Assembly (NCBI RefSeq): GCF_000025925.1
Contig: NC_014033.1
Coordinates: forward strand, 1,320,001-1,352,000
Source: Xylanibacter ruminicola 23
Lineage (GTDB): Bacteria; Bacteroidota; Bacteroidia; Bacteroidales; Bacteroidaceae
Reading direction: 5' to 3'
Length of the DNA stretch: 32,000 bases
Shown: positions 9,026 to 18,504 of the stretch, piece after piece
Numbering within the stretch: position 1 is the first letter of the stretch
Layout of the letters: every line of letters starts with the position of its first letter
Translations under genes and position numbers: made by a program
Notes under the pieces: model-generated
The model's database searches: none
What the model saw: the letters and a program-made list of their open reading frames with translations, nothing else
Told to the model about the DNA's origin: nothing

Positions 9026-10255
9026 CTACTTTCGTCCCTTGAACGTATAACCAATACCTTCAACCGCTGTGCGGATGGCCTCTTCGGTGGCAGTACCTTT
9101 GATAGTAAGGGTGTTGGCAGATGCACTGGCCTTAGCTTTCTCAACGCCAGGCAAATCCTCAACGGCACGAACCACGGCAGCCTCGCAATGACTGCAATGC
9201 ATGTCCTCAACGCGATAGATGGTTACATCGGGGGCTAACGTTTTTTTGGTGGTAAACTTGCTAAAAAACTTCATCATAAGCGCAAATATAATTAATAATG
9301 TTAATACTGTGGCACAAACAATCTTGAACACACTTGGCATAGCCGATTCATTCATGCAACAAGCATCCTGAACGGCAACGGCAAAGTCGAGCCCCGTAGC
9401 ATTGAGCAGCAGGCCGAAGAGAACGGCAAAGCCTACGATGGTCATCAGATAAATCGATGTAAAACGGCGCCCCATCGACTTATGAACCACCAGGATTGAT
9501 GCGAGATTAACGGCAGGCCCTGCCATCAGCATCACTAATGCTGCACCAGGCGAGAGCCCCTTCATCATCAGCGCGGCTGCCACGGGGATGCTACCCGTAG
9601 AACAGATATACATCGGCACTGCAATGATCAGAATCACCAGCATCTGCAACAATGGCTGACTGCCGAAACTGAGGAAAAACTCATCAGGCACAGCCACCTG
9701 AATCAGCGCTGCTACTATCAGTCCGATAAGCAGTCGCAGACCGATGTCGCGAAGCATATCGTAATAGGCATATCGCAGAACACGCCAAATTCTGTTTCCA
9801 CTTTCCACCTCACACGAACAGTTGTCGATGCTGGAGATATCATCTTCGCGAACCAGTCGGTTCACCAGCAGTCCACCACAAACACCGGTGATAAGTGCAG
9901 CCACAGGACGGATAATGGCAAAGCCAAGTCCCATCAGCGAGAATGTGGCCAAAATGGAGTCGATACCCGTCTGTGGTGTGGCAATCAAGAACGAGGCAAT
10001 GGCTCCCTTCGAAGCCTTCTCGTTCCTCAAACCAATAGCAGTTGGGATTACTCCGCACGAACACAACGGCAGTGGCACACCTAACAGCGCCGCCCAAAGC
10101 ACCGAAAACTTATTGTTACGCGAAAGATAATTTGCATAAAACCTCTGCGGCACGAACACGTGCAGCACGCCTGCGATGAAGAATCCCAACAGCAGGTAGG
10201 GAGCCATCTCGCAAACTACATTCAAAAGCGATATAAAGAAACTCTGTAAATCCAT
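9026..10255 (-). CDS. Permease (DUF318/SO_0444-like metal efflux family) fused to a C-terminal heavy-metal-associated (HMA) domain
   Basis: 409 aa polytopic membrane protein with PLCSCGVIP and CSTGSIP motifs. C-terminal about 70 aa form a ferredoxin-like HMA domain with MHCSHCEAAV (M-x-C-x-x-C). Confidence 0.8.
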   Translation of the reverse strand: MDLQSFFISLLNVVCEMAPYLLLGFFIAGVLHVFVPQRFYANYLSRNNKFSVLWAALLGVPLPLCSCGVIPTAIGLRNEKASKGAIASFLIATPQTGIDSILATFSLMGLGFAIIRPVAALITGVCGGLLVNRLVREDDISSIDNCSCEVESGNRIWRVLRYAYYDMLRDIGLRLLIGLIVAALIQVAVPDEFFLSFGSQPLLQMLVILIIAVPMYICSTGSIPVAAALMMKGLSPGAALVMLMAGPAVNLASILVVHKSMGRRFTSIYLMTIVGFAVLFGLLLNATGLDFAVAVQDACCMNESAMPSVFKIVCATVLTLLIIFALMMKFFSKFTTKKTLAPDVTIYRVEDMHCSHCEAAVVRAVEDLPGVEKAKASASANTLTIKGTATEEAIRTAVEGIGYTFKGRK

Positions 10256-10276
10256 CTATCAATATTACGGAAAGTG

Positions 10277-11380
10277 CTATTCACTATAGTTATGATCCAC
10301 TACGACAACCACTTGCTGGTCGGGCACTAACGGCTGAAGTTCTGCGGTAAGCTGACTGATAAAGGCTGCCTCGTCGTGGACGGAGATATCAGGCACAACA
10401 TCTACAGACAGATACTTCCTTTTCTCTGAATAGTAGAAGCCATGCACCTGTACGATGTCCTTGTGGGCTGCAAGGGTCTGTGTCACCGTTGCCTGCAACT
10501 CGGCCCGCTTGTTATCGCCCGTAGCGATGGCATATACGCCAACAGTCATGATAATACCATGCTTCACATACATCTGCGTAGAAATCCGTCGTGTCAGTCC
10601 GTGAATCTCATGGGCTGTCATCGTATCATAAACGTTGATGTGCAGCGAACCAATCTTTACGTCTGGACCGTAGTTATGCAGTATCAGGTCGAAGACACCA
10701 TGAACTCCCTCAAAGTCTGCGACCTCCTTCTGAATCTGTTTGGCGAAATCTGCCGAAATGCTCGTTCCCAGCAGTTCGTTGACAGGCGAAGCCAGCATCT
10801 CGATACCAGCCTTGATAATCACAACCGAAATCAGTGCACCCAGAATACCATCCAGCGATACACCCCACAGCAGCATAACACCAGCCGAGATAAGCGTTGC
10901 CAGCGTGATAACGGCATCGAACAGCGCATCAGAGCCGGAGGCAATCAGCGCATCGCTCTTCAGTTGTTCGCCCTTCTTCTTCACATACTGGCCGAGGATG
11001 AGTTTTACCACAATGGCCACCACAATAACCACCAGTGTCGTCGTAGTGTATTCTGGCTCCGTAGGGTCGAAGATTTTCTTCACCGACTCGATGAGCGAGG
11101 TGATACCTGCCGACAGAACAATAACGGCAATGATGATGGCGCTGAAATACTCGATGCGGCCAAAACCAAAGGGATGCTTTCTGTCGGCAGGACGCTGCGA
11201 GAGCTTGGTGCCTACGATGGTGATGACACTCGACAGTGCATCGCTCAGATTGTTCACGGCATCCATCACAATAGCTACACTACTGGCCAGTATTCCTACA
11301 GCGGCCTTAAAGCCAGCCAACAGCACGTTGGCTACAATACCAATCCAACTGGTACGGATGATTTCTTGACTACGATCCAT
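10277..11380 (-). CDS. Cation diffusion facilitator (CDF) family transporter
   Basis: 367 aa. Six TM helices with the CDF signature around SVAIVMDAVNNLSDALSSVI. C-terminal cytoplasmic alpha/beta domain. Adjacent to the HMA-permease, suggesting a metal homeostasis operon. Confidence 0.9.
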   Translation of the reverse strand: MDRSQEIIRTSWIGIVANVLLAGFKAAVGILASSVAIVMDAVNNLSDALSSVITIVGTKLSQRPADRKHPFGFGRIEYFSAIIIAVIVLSAGITSLIESVKKIFDPTEPEYTTTTLVVIVVAIVVKLILGQYVKKKGEQLKSDALIASGSDALFDAVITLATLISAGVMLLWGVSLDGILGALISVVIIKAGIEMLASPVNELLGTSISADFAKQIQKEVADFEGVHGVFDLILHNYGPDVKIGSLHINVYDTMTAHEIHGLTRRISTQMYVKHGIIMTVGVYAIATGDNKRAELQATVTQTLAAHKDIVQVHGFYYSEKRKYLSVDVVPDISVHDEAAFISQLTAELQPLVPDQQVVVVVDHNYSE

Positions 11381-11391
11381 TGTATCTTGTA

Positions 11392-11958
11392 TTAAAGTCC
11401 AGTATGTGTGGGATTAATCTTTTTGATGATTCGGGCAGGATTACCGCCGACGACCACATTGTCAGGTACATCCTTTGTGACGACAGCACCAGCGGCAATG
11501 ACGGCATTCCTACCGATGGTTACGCCTGGACAGATGATGGCTCCGATACAGATCCATGCATTCTCTTTGATGGTCACCTGTCCGAAATGAAACAGGTTGT
11601 GACGATCATAGAGATCGTGATCCACCGTTGCAATCTTAACTTCGGGGCCAATCAGTACGTTGTCCTCTATCACCACCTTCCCAGGCGAGAGAATGGTGGC
11701 ACCTTTGTTGATAGTGACATTCTTGCCGATTGTCATCCGACATCCGCAGTCGCAATAGAATGGGGAGACGATAGCGACACTATCATCAATCTTGCACTGG
11801 AACAGTTCTTCCAACAGTCCCTTATAATCAGGATCAGTGGGCTTTTTGGCAGAGATTTTCAGGCACAGCTCATGACTTCTTATCATCTCACCCTCCACGT
11901 TGCGCATACGAGGGTCGTTCTTGTAGCCAGAACCCGTAGCATCTATGATATCAAACAT
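11392..11958 (-). CDS. Sugar O-acetyltransferase (maltose/galactoside O-acetyltransferase-like, left-handed beta-helix)
   Basis: 188 aa. Hexapeptide repeats (IGKNVTINKGATI, IGPEVKI, ICIGAIICPGVTIGRNAVIAAGAVV) and the C-terminal GGNPARIIKK typical of the Maa/LacA family. Minus-strand promoter TATATTTG near 11978-11985. Confidence 0.85.
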   Translation of the reverse strand: MFDIIDATGSGYKNDPRMRNVEGEMIRSHELCLKISAKKPTDPDYKGLLEELFQCKIDDSVAIVSPFYCDCGCRMTIGKNVTINKGATILSPGKVVIEDNVLIGPEVKIATVDHDLYDRHNLFHFGQVTIKENAWICIGAIICPGVTIGRNAVIAAGAVVTKDVPDNVVVGGNPARIIKKINPTHTGL

Positions 11959-12070
11959 ACCTTATTGTTTTTATTATTTGGCAAATATACGAATAAGTGA
12001 TAACAAAATGGTATTAATTAACATTATTTAGGATATGCCAGGTACCAGGTCCCTGACATATACGAGAAGA

Positions 12071-12105
12071 AAATCCCAAGGCAAAAACGCTATGCCTTGG
12101 GATTT
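12071..12105 (-). terminator. Rho-independent terminator of the amidase gene
   Basis: Perfect 13-bp stem: AAATCCCAAGGCA (12071-12083) with TGCCTTGGGATTT (12093-12105). The stem and flanks resemble the terminator at 7886-7920. Confidence 0.7.
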
Positions 12106-12117
12106 AATGATTTTTAT

Positions 12118-12543
12118 TTACTTGGGCTGAAGGTCGGCGTACTCCTGGGTTACGTTCTCGATGCACGGGCAGGCCTTTTGCGGATTAAGATCGTGGTGCC
12201 CCACGATAACCGCACGGGGATAGCGGCGATGCAAATCTGCCAGTAGTGTGCGCAGAGCCGCCTTCTGTTCCGGTGTACGCGTATCAGCGGGTTGTCCGCG
12301 GGCATTCAGTCCTCCTTCGTAGCACACACCGATGGAGTACTTGTTATGGTTCATGCAGTGAGCCCCAGCCAGCCATTCCGGTCTACCCTGCTCTATCTCT
12401 CCGTTACGACGGACCACGTAATGGTAGCCAATGCCGAGTTTAAAACCTCGCTGGCGATGCCATGTATCTATCTGGGCTGCCGATGAAGTCTGCAAGGGTT
12501 TCACTGCCGAACAATGAAGAACAATCATTGTTATCGACCGCAT
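12118..12543 (-). CDS. N-acetylmuramoyl-L-alanine amidase (Amidase_2/PGRP type)
   Basis: The ORF track starts at a GTG (12603). The first ATG (12541-12543) gives MRSITMIVLHCSAVKP..., the usual start of this family. Motifs GYHYVVRRNGEIEQGR and SIGVCYEGG. Confidence 0.85.
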   Translation of the reverse strand: MRSITMIVLHCSAVKPLQTSSAAQIDTWHRQRGFKLGIGYHYVVRRNGEIEQGRPEWLAGAHCMNHNKYSIGVCYEGGLNARGQPADTRTPEQKAALRTLLADLHRRYPRAVIVGHHDLNPQKACPCIENVTQEYADLQPK

Positions 12544-12659
12544 GACTGTACAGCAATAGTTCCCAGAACTGTTGTAATCACTGTTGCTGCAAATCGCAAC
12601 CACTTAGCTACTCTATTCCAATTTACTTTTATCATAAAATTACTACAAATTATTAATTA

Positions 12660-13135
12660 ATTATTTTTCCCAACCTCCTTAGTCCTCCTTATCTTAAGGA
12701 GTTTTCCATCACCCCCTAGCCCCCTCTTCATAAGATGGGGTCTCGACTCTTTTCCCCACCCCTTTCCCTATCCCAGGAAAAGGGGCTTTAGTTGATTCCG
12801 AGGGAAAACCCTCTCCATCAAAGTTTTGGTATGGCTCTCCAGCCTTTGCCCCTTCGGGGTTCGCCATATTTTGCTTAATGGGGGCCAGCCCCCAAACCCC
12901 TTATAATCTATACCATGTTCAAGCACCGAGGGTATTAGGGGCGAGCAGCCCCTATTAGACAATATAGGCCGAAGTCCCGGCCTGCCAAAACATAGCATGG
13001 ATTTGGGTTTCCCCAAATTCAGGATTTAAGTCCCTTGCCAAAGATTGGCGAGGGGTTTGGGGAGTGGTTTGAAGCCCTCCTTAGGATGAAGGAGGGTTGG
13101 GTGGTTGTGACCCCTGCAGGGGGTACCCTGCTAAC
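12660..13135. other. About 480-nt non-coding region densely packed with short GC-rich hairpins
   Basis: At least 10 independent 5-8 bp GC-rich inverted repeats. Examples: CTCCTTA/TAAGGAG 12685-12701, CCCCTTT/AAAGGGG 12760-12786, CCCC-ttc-GGGG 12849-12859, GGGGG-ccag-CCCCC 12880-12893, AGGGGC/GCCCCT about 12937-12953, GGCCG/CGGCC 12967-12982, TTTGGG/CCCAAA 13002-13017, CCCTCCTT/AAGGAGGG 13074-13095, CCCCTGCAGGGG 13111-13122. The only ORF (12768..13016) is low-complexity and overlaps the hairpins. Confidence 0.6.
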
Positions 13136-13714
13136 TTAATCACCAATAGGCTCGTGACTTGAGTTACCGCCTCCACCGGTATTACCACCTGAGGTATTAC
13201 CGCTGCCACCGGTATTGCCACCGCCATTACCAGTAGATGGTGATTCGCTCTCGGTGTTCATGGAGTTATCATGTGTCTCCTCGAACACCACATCCTTCAG
13301 CAGGGAGATGGCCGTAACATACTTCTGCTTAACGGTGCCATCCGTGCGCTTCTGCTGACCAACCACAACACGCTCTGTCTCAGGCTGGAACAGGATGCGA
13401 CGTGTAGTGATGGTTGAAGCCGAACACTCATCAGCCTTTGCCACACCGATGCTCGAGAAACCAACCTTCAGGATACCGATGCCCTCCAGCTTAATCTTCT
13501 GTCCCATCTCAAAGAAATGCTTCATGGCCTCGCCCAGCTCCTGCAGCACAGCCTTGATATCGCTCTTCTTAACCGAGGCCTGACGCTGGATAAAATCAGC
13601 AATCTCGTCGGTACCCACAAAATGGTTGTCGTAAACTGCAGTGGCAAAATACTTACCGTAAGCCTTCGCATTGGCGCGGTTGTTGTTCTTAAGTTTAATA
13701 AACTTCTGACTCAT
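13136..13714 (-). CDS. HU-family (Bacteroides-type histone-like) DNA-binding protein with G/N/T/S-rich C-terminal tail
   Basis: 192 aa. The N-terminal about 130 aa have the Bacteroidales HU-like pattern (YGKYFA..V....V..DEIADFI......VKKSDIKAVLQEL...). The tail is GNGGGNTGGSGNTSGGNTGGGGNSS. Minus-strand promoter TATCTTTG at 13923-13930 implies a leader of about 200 nt. Confidence 0.8.
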   Translation of the reverse strand: MSQKFIKLKNNNRANAKAYGKYFATAVYDNHFVGTDEIADFIQRQASVKKSDIKAVLQELGEAMKHFFEMGQKIKLEGIGILKVGFSSIGVAKADECSASTITTRRILFQPETERVVVGQQKRTDGTVKQKYVTAISLLKDVVFEETHDNSMNTESESPSTGNGGGNTGGSGNTSGGNTGGGGNSSHEPIGD

Positions 13715-14104
13715 TTTTAATGTTTAATCTTTAATGTTTAATGTTCTCGGCAGCCGAGGTAGGTTGTGGGTTGCTCAGATAGTCTGTGTGTGCTATCCGG
13801 ATAGTCTTTACCAGGTGTTCGGATAATCCCTATAGGGGTATGGAGATAATCTGAACGAGTGGTTCGTGACGTCTGAGCGAGGCATAAGTGCCATCCCCAC
13901 GGCTCATCTTGCTTACCGCTTACAAAGATACCACATTTCGGAGAGCGTTTTGTCTGCATATTCAGCACTATCCGTACAATCGGCAGATTCTGCATTAATT
14001 TAACATTCATTCAAATAAAATCGATTTTTTTCTTTGTTGCTATCATAATTAATCGTATATTTGCGCAATATAACCATCTTACTCTATTAATTATTTTACA
14101 ATCT

Positions 14105-15451
14105 ATGGTGACATTCTTGGTTATTTTACAACTGTTTATCGTATTGGCCCTTATATTTATCGGCGCCAGGGTTGGTGGAATCGGACTGGGCATCTACGGT
14201 ATGGTGGGTGTGTTCATACTCGTGTTTATCTTCGGCATGCATCCCGGCAAGGTACCCATTGATGTGATGCTGATCATAGCATCGGTAATTACGGCTACGG
14301 CGGCGCTGCAGGCTGCTGGTGGCTTGGATTACATGGTAGGATTGGCAGCCAGGTTCCTGCGTAAGCACCCTACACACATTACTTATTATGGTCCGCTCAC
14401 CACCTGGTTGTTCTGCTTGGTAGCAGGCACAGCCCATACCTCTTACTCGCTGCTGCCTATTATCTCGGAGATTGCCAAGAATTCTAAGATACGTCCGGAG
14501 CGCCCCATGACGGTGGCCACCATCGCGGCCTCGTTAGGTATCACAGGTTCGCCCATGTCGGCGGCTACGGCAGCTGTTATATCCACCGACCTGCTTGGCG
14601 GACAGGGCATAGAACTGAAGGATATCCTGCTGGTGTGTATCCCAGCCTCGCTGATAGCCATCCTGGTGGCTTCGTTTGTGCAGAACCGTGTGGGCAAGGA
14701 ACTTGAAGATGATCCCGAATACCAGCGCCGTGTACGTGAAGGACTGATTGACCCGGAAGCCGAAGCCATGGCGATGGCACAGATGGAGCAGAGTCCCAAT
14801 CCACGTGCCAAGTGGAGTGTGCTGGCATTCCTGTTGGGCGTTGTGCTAGTGATTGTTTTTGGTAGCGCTCCTTCGCTGCGTCCATCGTTCGAGGTTGACG
14901 GCGTGGTTACCCAGCTATCGATGCCTGAGACCATCGAGATACTGATGATGTCGATGGCAGCAGTGATTCTGCTGGTTGGTAAGGCCAGTGTGAAGCAGGC
15001 TGTGAGCGGCAATATATTCAGTGCAGGTATGAATGCCATGATAGCCATCTTTGGTATTGCCTGGATGGGCGACACCTTCTTTAATGGCAACCTGGAGTTC
15101 TTTAAGAGTCACATAGCCGACGTGGTAACACAGTATCCGTTCCTGTTCAGCGTGGCCCTGTTTATCATGAGTATCATGCTGTTCTCGCAGGCAGCCACGG
15201 TACGCACGCTCTTCCCGCTGGGTATTGGCTTGGGCATTCCGCCATTGGCACTCGTGGCTATGTTCCCCGCTGTCAACGGTTACTTCTTCTTCCCCAACTA
15301 TCCTACCGAGGTGGCAGCCATCAACTTTGATACCACGGGTACTACCCGTATCGGCAAGTACGTGCTTAACCACTCGTTCCAGCTTTCGGGCTTTATCACC
15401 ACTTTTGTGAGCATTGGCGTAGGCTATCTTATTATAACATTCCTATATTAA
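14105..15451 (+). CDS. dcuB: Anaerobic C4-dicarboxylate transporter, DcuA/DcuB family
   Basis: 448 aa. FIGARVGGIGLG, IRPERPM and FDTTGTTRIGKYVLNHSF match the Dcu family signatures, closest by eye to E. coli DcuB. Promoter TATATTTG upstream near 14056-14063. Confidence 0.9.
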   Translation: MVTFLVILQLFIVLALIFIGARVGGIGLGIYGMVGVFILVFIFGMHPGKVPIDVMLIIASVITATAALQAAGGLDYMVGLAARFLRKHPTHITYYGPLTTWLFCLVAGTAHTSYSLLPIISEIAKNSKIRPERPMTVATIAASLGITGSPMSAATAAVISTDLLGGQGIELKDILLVCIPASLIAILVASFVQNRVGKELEDDPEYQRRVREGLIDPEAEAMAMAQMEQSPNPRAKWSVLAFLLGVVLVIVFGSAPSLRPSFEVDGVVTQLSMPETIEILMMSMAAVILLVGKASVKQAVSGNIFSAGMNAMIAIFGIAWMGDTFFNGNLEFFKSHIADVVTQYPFLFSVALFIMSIMLFSQAATVRTLFPLGIGLGIPPLALVAMFPAVNGYFFFPNYPTEVAAINFDTTGTTRIGKYVLNHSFQLSGFITTFVSIGVGYLIITFLY

Positions 15452-15472
15452 ACTTATATCGCCCCCACCCCG

Positions 15473-15688
15473 TTAGTCAATACACAGCCAGTACTTGATG
15501 CGCTCCACCATCTGGGCAGTAAACCCCGTATCACCGCTATGGTAGTGCAGGCGGTACAGATCGCGCAACAAGTCGGGGCACCTGTTAATATCGCGCCACA
15601 ACTTTTTCATTCGGCTCTCAGGTTTAATGTTACCGGCATACAAAGCATCCGCCAGTTCTTGCTTAGAATAGTCTTTTACTTCTAACAT
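15473..15688 (-). CDS. DUF4248 domain-containing protein
   Basis: 71 aa. YSKQELADALY ... FTAQMVERIKYWL fits the small Bacteroidales DUF4248 family that usually accompanies VirE-type primases. Confidence 0.7.
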   Translation of the reverse strand: MLEVKDYSKQELADALYAGNIKPESRMKKLWRDINRCPDLLRDLYRLHYHSGDTGFTAQMVERIKYWLCID

Positions 15689-15810
15689 AATTACTTATAT
15701 TATTTAAAAATTTTACTATTTAACTTATTGGTATTCAGTTATTTATATATAATAGTGTGATTTTGTGAATTAGAGAAATACAAAGTTTTGTATACAAAAA
15801 GGGAAAATGT

Positions 15811-15843
15811 GCAACATTTTATTTTTTGTATGATAAAAGTTGC
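15811..15843 (-). terminator. Terminator of the primase gene
   Basis: Hairpin GCAACATTTTAT (15811-15822) with ATAAAAGTTGC (15833-15843). It is followed on the minus strand by a T-rich tract. Confidence 0.5.
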
Positions 15844-15874
15844 ATATTACTAATTCACTGATTCACACTTTCGA

Positions 15875-18154
15875 TCACAGAGGCAGTCCAAGTTGCTGAT
15901 ATTCAGCCGCTTCGTCGTCATCCGCCTCTTTAAATTCAAAGTTAAAATCTTCGGAGGCAATATATACTTGCTGATGGTCGAGCGGGATTTCAACAACCTT
16001 AAAGAAGTTGCCATTACGCTTATGCATGCTTTCATATCCCAGTTCGAGCATAATATCCCCTATCTTACGATTTGAGAAAAAGTTATTATGCCTGCCATAG
16101 TTTAAAAACAGGTTTATCATCTGCGAACTCATCAATTGATAAGGTTCATTCTTCTTTGGCTTGCGCAAACGTATCACAATCATCTGCTCTTCGGGGCTGA
16201 TAACCCTGAAAGGCTCGTTAAGTTGCTTTACACGCTTCTCGTCGGCTTTCGAAAAGTAATACTTAAACCCCTCATAGTACTCCTTTTGTAGCTGAGCATA
16301 CAACTGTGCGTAATCGATGGTCCACTCAAACGGACTGTCAATCTCGCTTAACTTAAAGCAAAGCCATCGCCGGTTACCGGTTGCATCTGTCAATATCTGT
16401 TGCTCGTTGGTTGATGCGCATAGCGAGGCTAAACGTGGTTTCTCCTCACGTGCGCGACCATATACAGGGCGCTCTTTTATCTTATCGGCAGTAACCAATG
16501 CTTTCAATTTAGCCAGCTCCGTTCCCTCAAAAGCCGACACCTCCTCGAGCTCTATCACACAGTGCTCCTGCATAGCTATACGATCGTCTTTCTGCGATAC
16601 AGAGTTGGTGCGGTTCTCCATAAAATAGGATTGGAGCTGTGGTGGCAGCAGATGACGGAAGAACTCGGTTTTATACTTTCCCTGCGGACCAACGAGCGTA
16701 AAAATACAGTGATTCATTACACGGTCGTCGAGCCATGTGCCCACCGCAGCCACCATCCATTTATGAAAAGCCCAGTGCATGGCCTCCTGTGCCTCCTTGT
16801 CGGTCATATCCGGTGTGGCCGAAACAGCATGGATATGGTCGGATAGCTCTTTCACACGGTCGATACCATCCCACTCAGGTAGCAGCTTCATATATTGTCG
16901 GATGGGATGCACTTTCAGCGCAAAGTCGCTTTTATAAACAGCCCTCAGATGTTTCTCCTCTACACGCTTTCCTGTATCAAGTTCTATCTGATACATGCGG
17001 GTGTTTATCTCTACATCATCAACAGGTTGCCATTTGTCGGATGTTAATGGCGGCAACGAAGAAATCAGGTCATCATCATCATCCCCATCAGTTTCGGCGA
17101 TATCATCCCTCGAGCACCATAGCAAGGCGTTGGTTAATATATTAAAGCAGCACACGATACGTTCGGATAGCCATTTTCTTATTTCGGGCAGTGTCATCAG
17201 TACGTTACCGCGTGGTTTCTCCATCCCGGGCAGGCGCCAGGTGCCATGCAGTGCTTCCTTTTTATAGCAATGACTGATGGCCCTGTCGCGCTCTTTCTTT
17301 GTGTGGTCGCGCCACTCTACATCGGCAAACTTCACAAGCTCGTCTTTCGGCACACCGTAACGGTTAAACAGGTAAGCGGCATGCAGTATGTAATCGTGAT
17401 GGTGACCAGGCTCATAGCGTATCTGTTTCTGCGACAACTGCTGCTCGATATGTTGCCACGCCTCTTCAGCTTTTACCTCGAACGATTTAGCATCGTAAAC
17501 CTTACGGGGACGGCCGTGTTCCTGATGCTCGCAGTTCTGTTCCACTATCATATCGTCGGAAATAACGAAAGGTACGGCCTGCTCGTTAAAATACACATCG
17601 GGATCGCCAGCCAAACACGACAAGCGTGTAAAATCGCTGTTGGCCTTATCGTAAGGGTGCTGTGCCACGGCAGCCAGATACTCATTACCCTTGATAAAAG
17701 CGCCCTGCCACGAGGTATCATCGATACGTTTTCCACCCTCGCGCTCGTAACAATAGATGATGTGCAAACCTAATCCGCCTATCGAGCGATACATCAACAG
17801 TACATGCGGATCCTTGGAGAGCCGCTCGATGGCGGCCTCCAATTCTTCCACACTCTCAAAATGATCGATATCACACAGGGCAAGCCTCGTCCATCCACAG
17901 GCCTGCGCCGCACTATGTCCTAACCCACTAAAATTTACTGCCACACCAAAGGCAGGCTGCAGTTGCGATTTGATATAACTATCAGCCTGCTTTTTGCCCA
18001 TCGCTGCCATTGTTTTACGATAGCTAACGGTATTGGCGGCAACAATTTTATCGTAACGTATAAAGTGTACAATCTCATTTAGAGTTTTAAGTACGTTAGA
18101 GTAGCTTGTATGGTTAGCAAATAGTGATACCTTTAGTTTGTTAATATCCATCAT
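15875..18154 (-). CDS. VirE-N/primase-helicase protein (BT4734-like N-domain + VirE/VapE P-loop domain)
   Basis: 759 aa. The N-terminus has the Bacteroides VirE_N/primase-like region. The C-terminal half has Walker A GPQGKYKT and the NRRWLCF motif characteristic of the virulence-associated E (PF05272-like) family. Confidence 0.85.
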   Translation of the reverse strand: MMDINKLKVSLFANHTSYSNVLKTLNEIVHFIRYDKIVAANTVSYRKTMAAMGKKQADSYIKSQLQPAFGVAVNFSGLGHSAAQACGWTRLALCDIDHFESVEELEAAIERLSKDPHVLLMYRSIGGLGLHIIYCYEREGGKRIDDTSWQGAFIKGNEYLAAVAQHPYDKANSDFTRLSCLAGDPDVYFNEQAVPFVISDDMIVEQNCEHQEHGRPRKVYDAKSFEVKAEEAWQHIEQQLSQKQIRYEPGHHHDYILHAAYLFNRYGVPKDELVKFADVEWRDHTKKERDRAISHCYKKEALHGTWRLPGMEKPRGNVLMTLPEIRKWLSERIVCCFNILTNALLWCSRDDIAETDGDDDDDLISSLPPLTSDKWQPVDDVEINTRMYQIELDTGKRVEEKHLRAVYKSDFALKVHPIRQYMKLLPEWDGIDRVKELSDHIHAVSATPDMTDKEAQEAMHWAFHKWMVAAVGTWLDDRVMNHCIFTLVGPQGKYKTEFFRHLLPPQLQSYFMENRTNSVSQKDDRIAMQEHCVIELEEVSAFEGTELAKLKALVTADKIKERPVYGRAREEKPRLASLCASTNEQQILTDATGNRRWLCFKLSEIDSPFEWTIDYAQLYAQLQKEYYEGFKYYFSKADEKRVKQLNEPFRVISPEEQMIVIRLRKPKKNEPYQLMSSQMINLFLNYGRHNNFFSNRKIGDIMLELGYESMHKRNGNFFKVVEIPLDHQQVYIASEDFNFEFKEADDDEAAEYQQLGLPL

Positions 18155-18276
18155 TTCAATAACTTTTTATAGCGTTTATAACTGCGCAGTATGGTGTTAA
18201 CCCGTTTGCTGCAAACAGGATTATCAGCCAGATTGGTAAACGTGGCCAGAATAACAGCCAGTTTACGCTGTGAGCA

Positions 18277-18504
18277 TTATAAACCATTAGGCTGAGTGGT
18301 TGCCTTTACCAAAAACTTATACACATCGCCTTTACTTATGAGCTTAAAATCAAACTCAACCCTAACTAATTGGTCGGGGTTACTCTGACTATAAACCTCA
18401 TTGATAGCTATAGCCAATTGATCGAGCGAAGCACGCAATTTATGCATATCACTGGGATACACAATCCCATAAAGAGAGTATTCCCTCTTTTCAATTTTGT
18501 TCAT
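18277..18504 (-). CDS. Hypothetical small protein
   Basis: 75-aa ATG-initiated ORF directly upstream of the primase on the same strand. No recognisable motif. Confidence 0.45.
   Translation of the reverse strand: MNKIEKREYSLYGIVYPSDMHKLRASLDQLAIAINEVYSQSNPDQLVRVEFDFKLISKGDVYKFLVKATTQPNGL

Noticed and set aside
10442-11395. 317-aa and 209-aa plus-strand ORFs inside the CDF transporter gene
   Set aside because: They lie antisense to a full-length, motif-bearing CDF gene. Their translations are low-complexity and R/H/Q-rich. These are typical shadow ORFs in GC-balanced coding DNA.
12768-13016. 82-aa ORF in the hairpin-dense spacer
   Set aside because: The sequence is P/G/L/R-rich and low-complexity, generated by GC-rich inverted repeats. 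It has no promoter or family resemblance. The region is treated as non-coding.
14126-15373. Several 100-215-aa minus-strand ORFs inside the Dcu transporter gene
   Set aside because: They lie antisense to a clear DcuA/B-family gene and have no independent signals.
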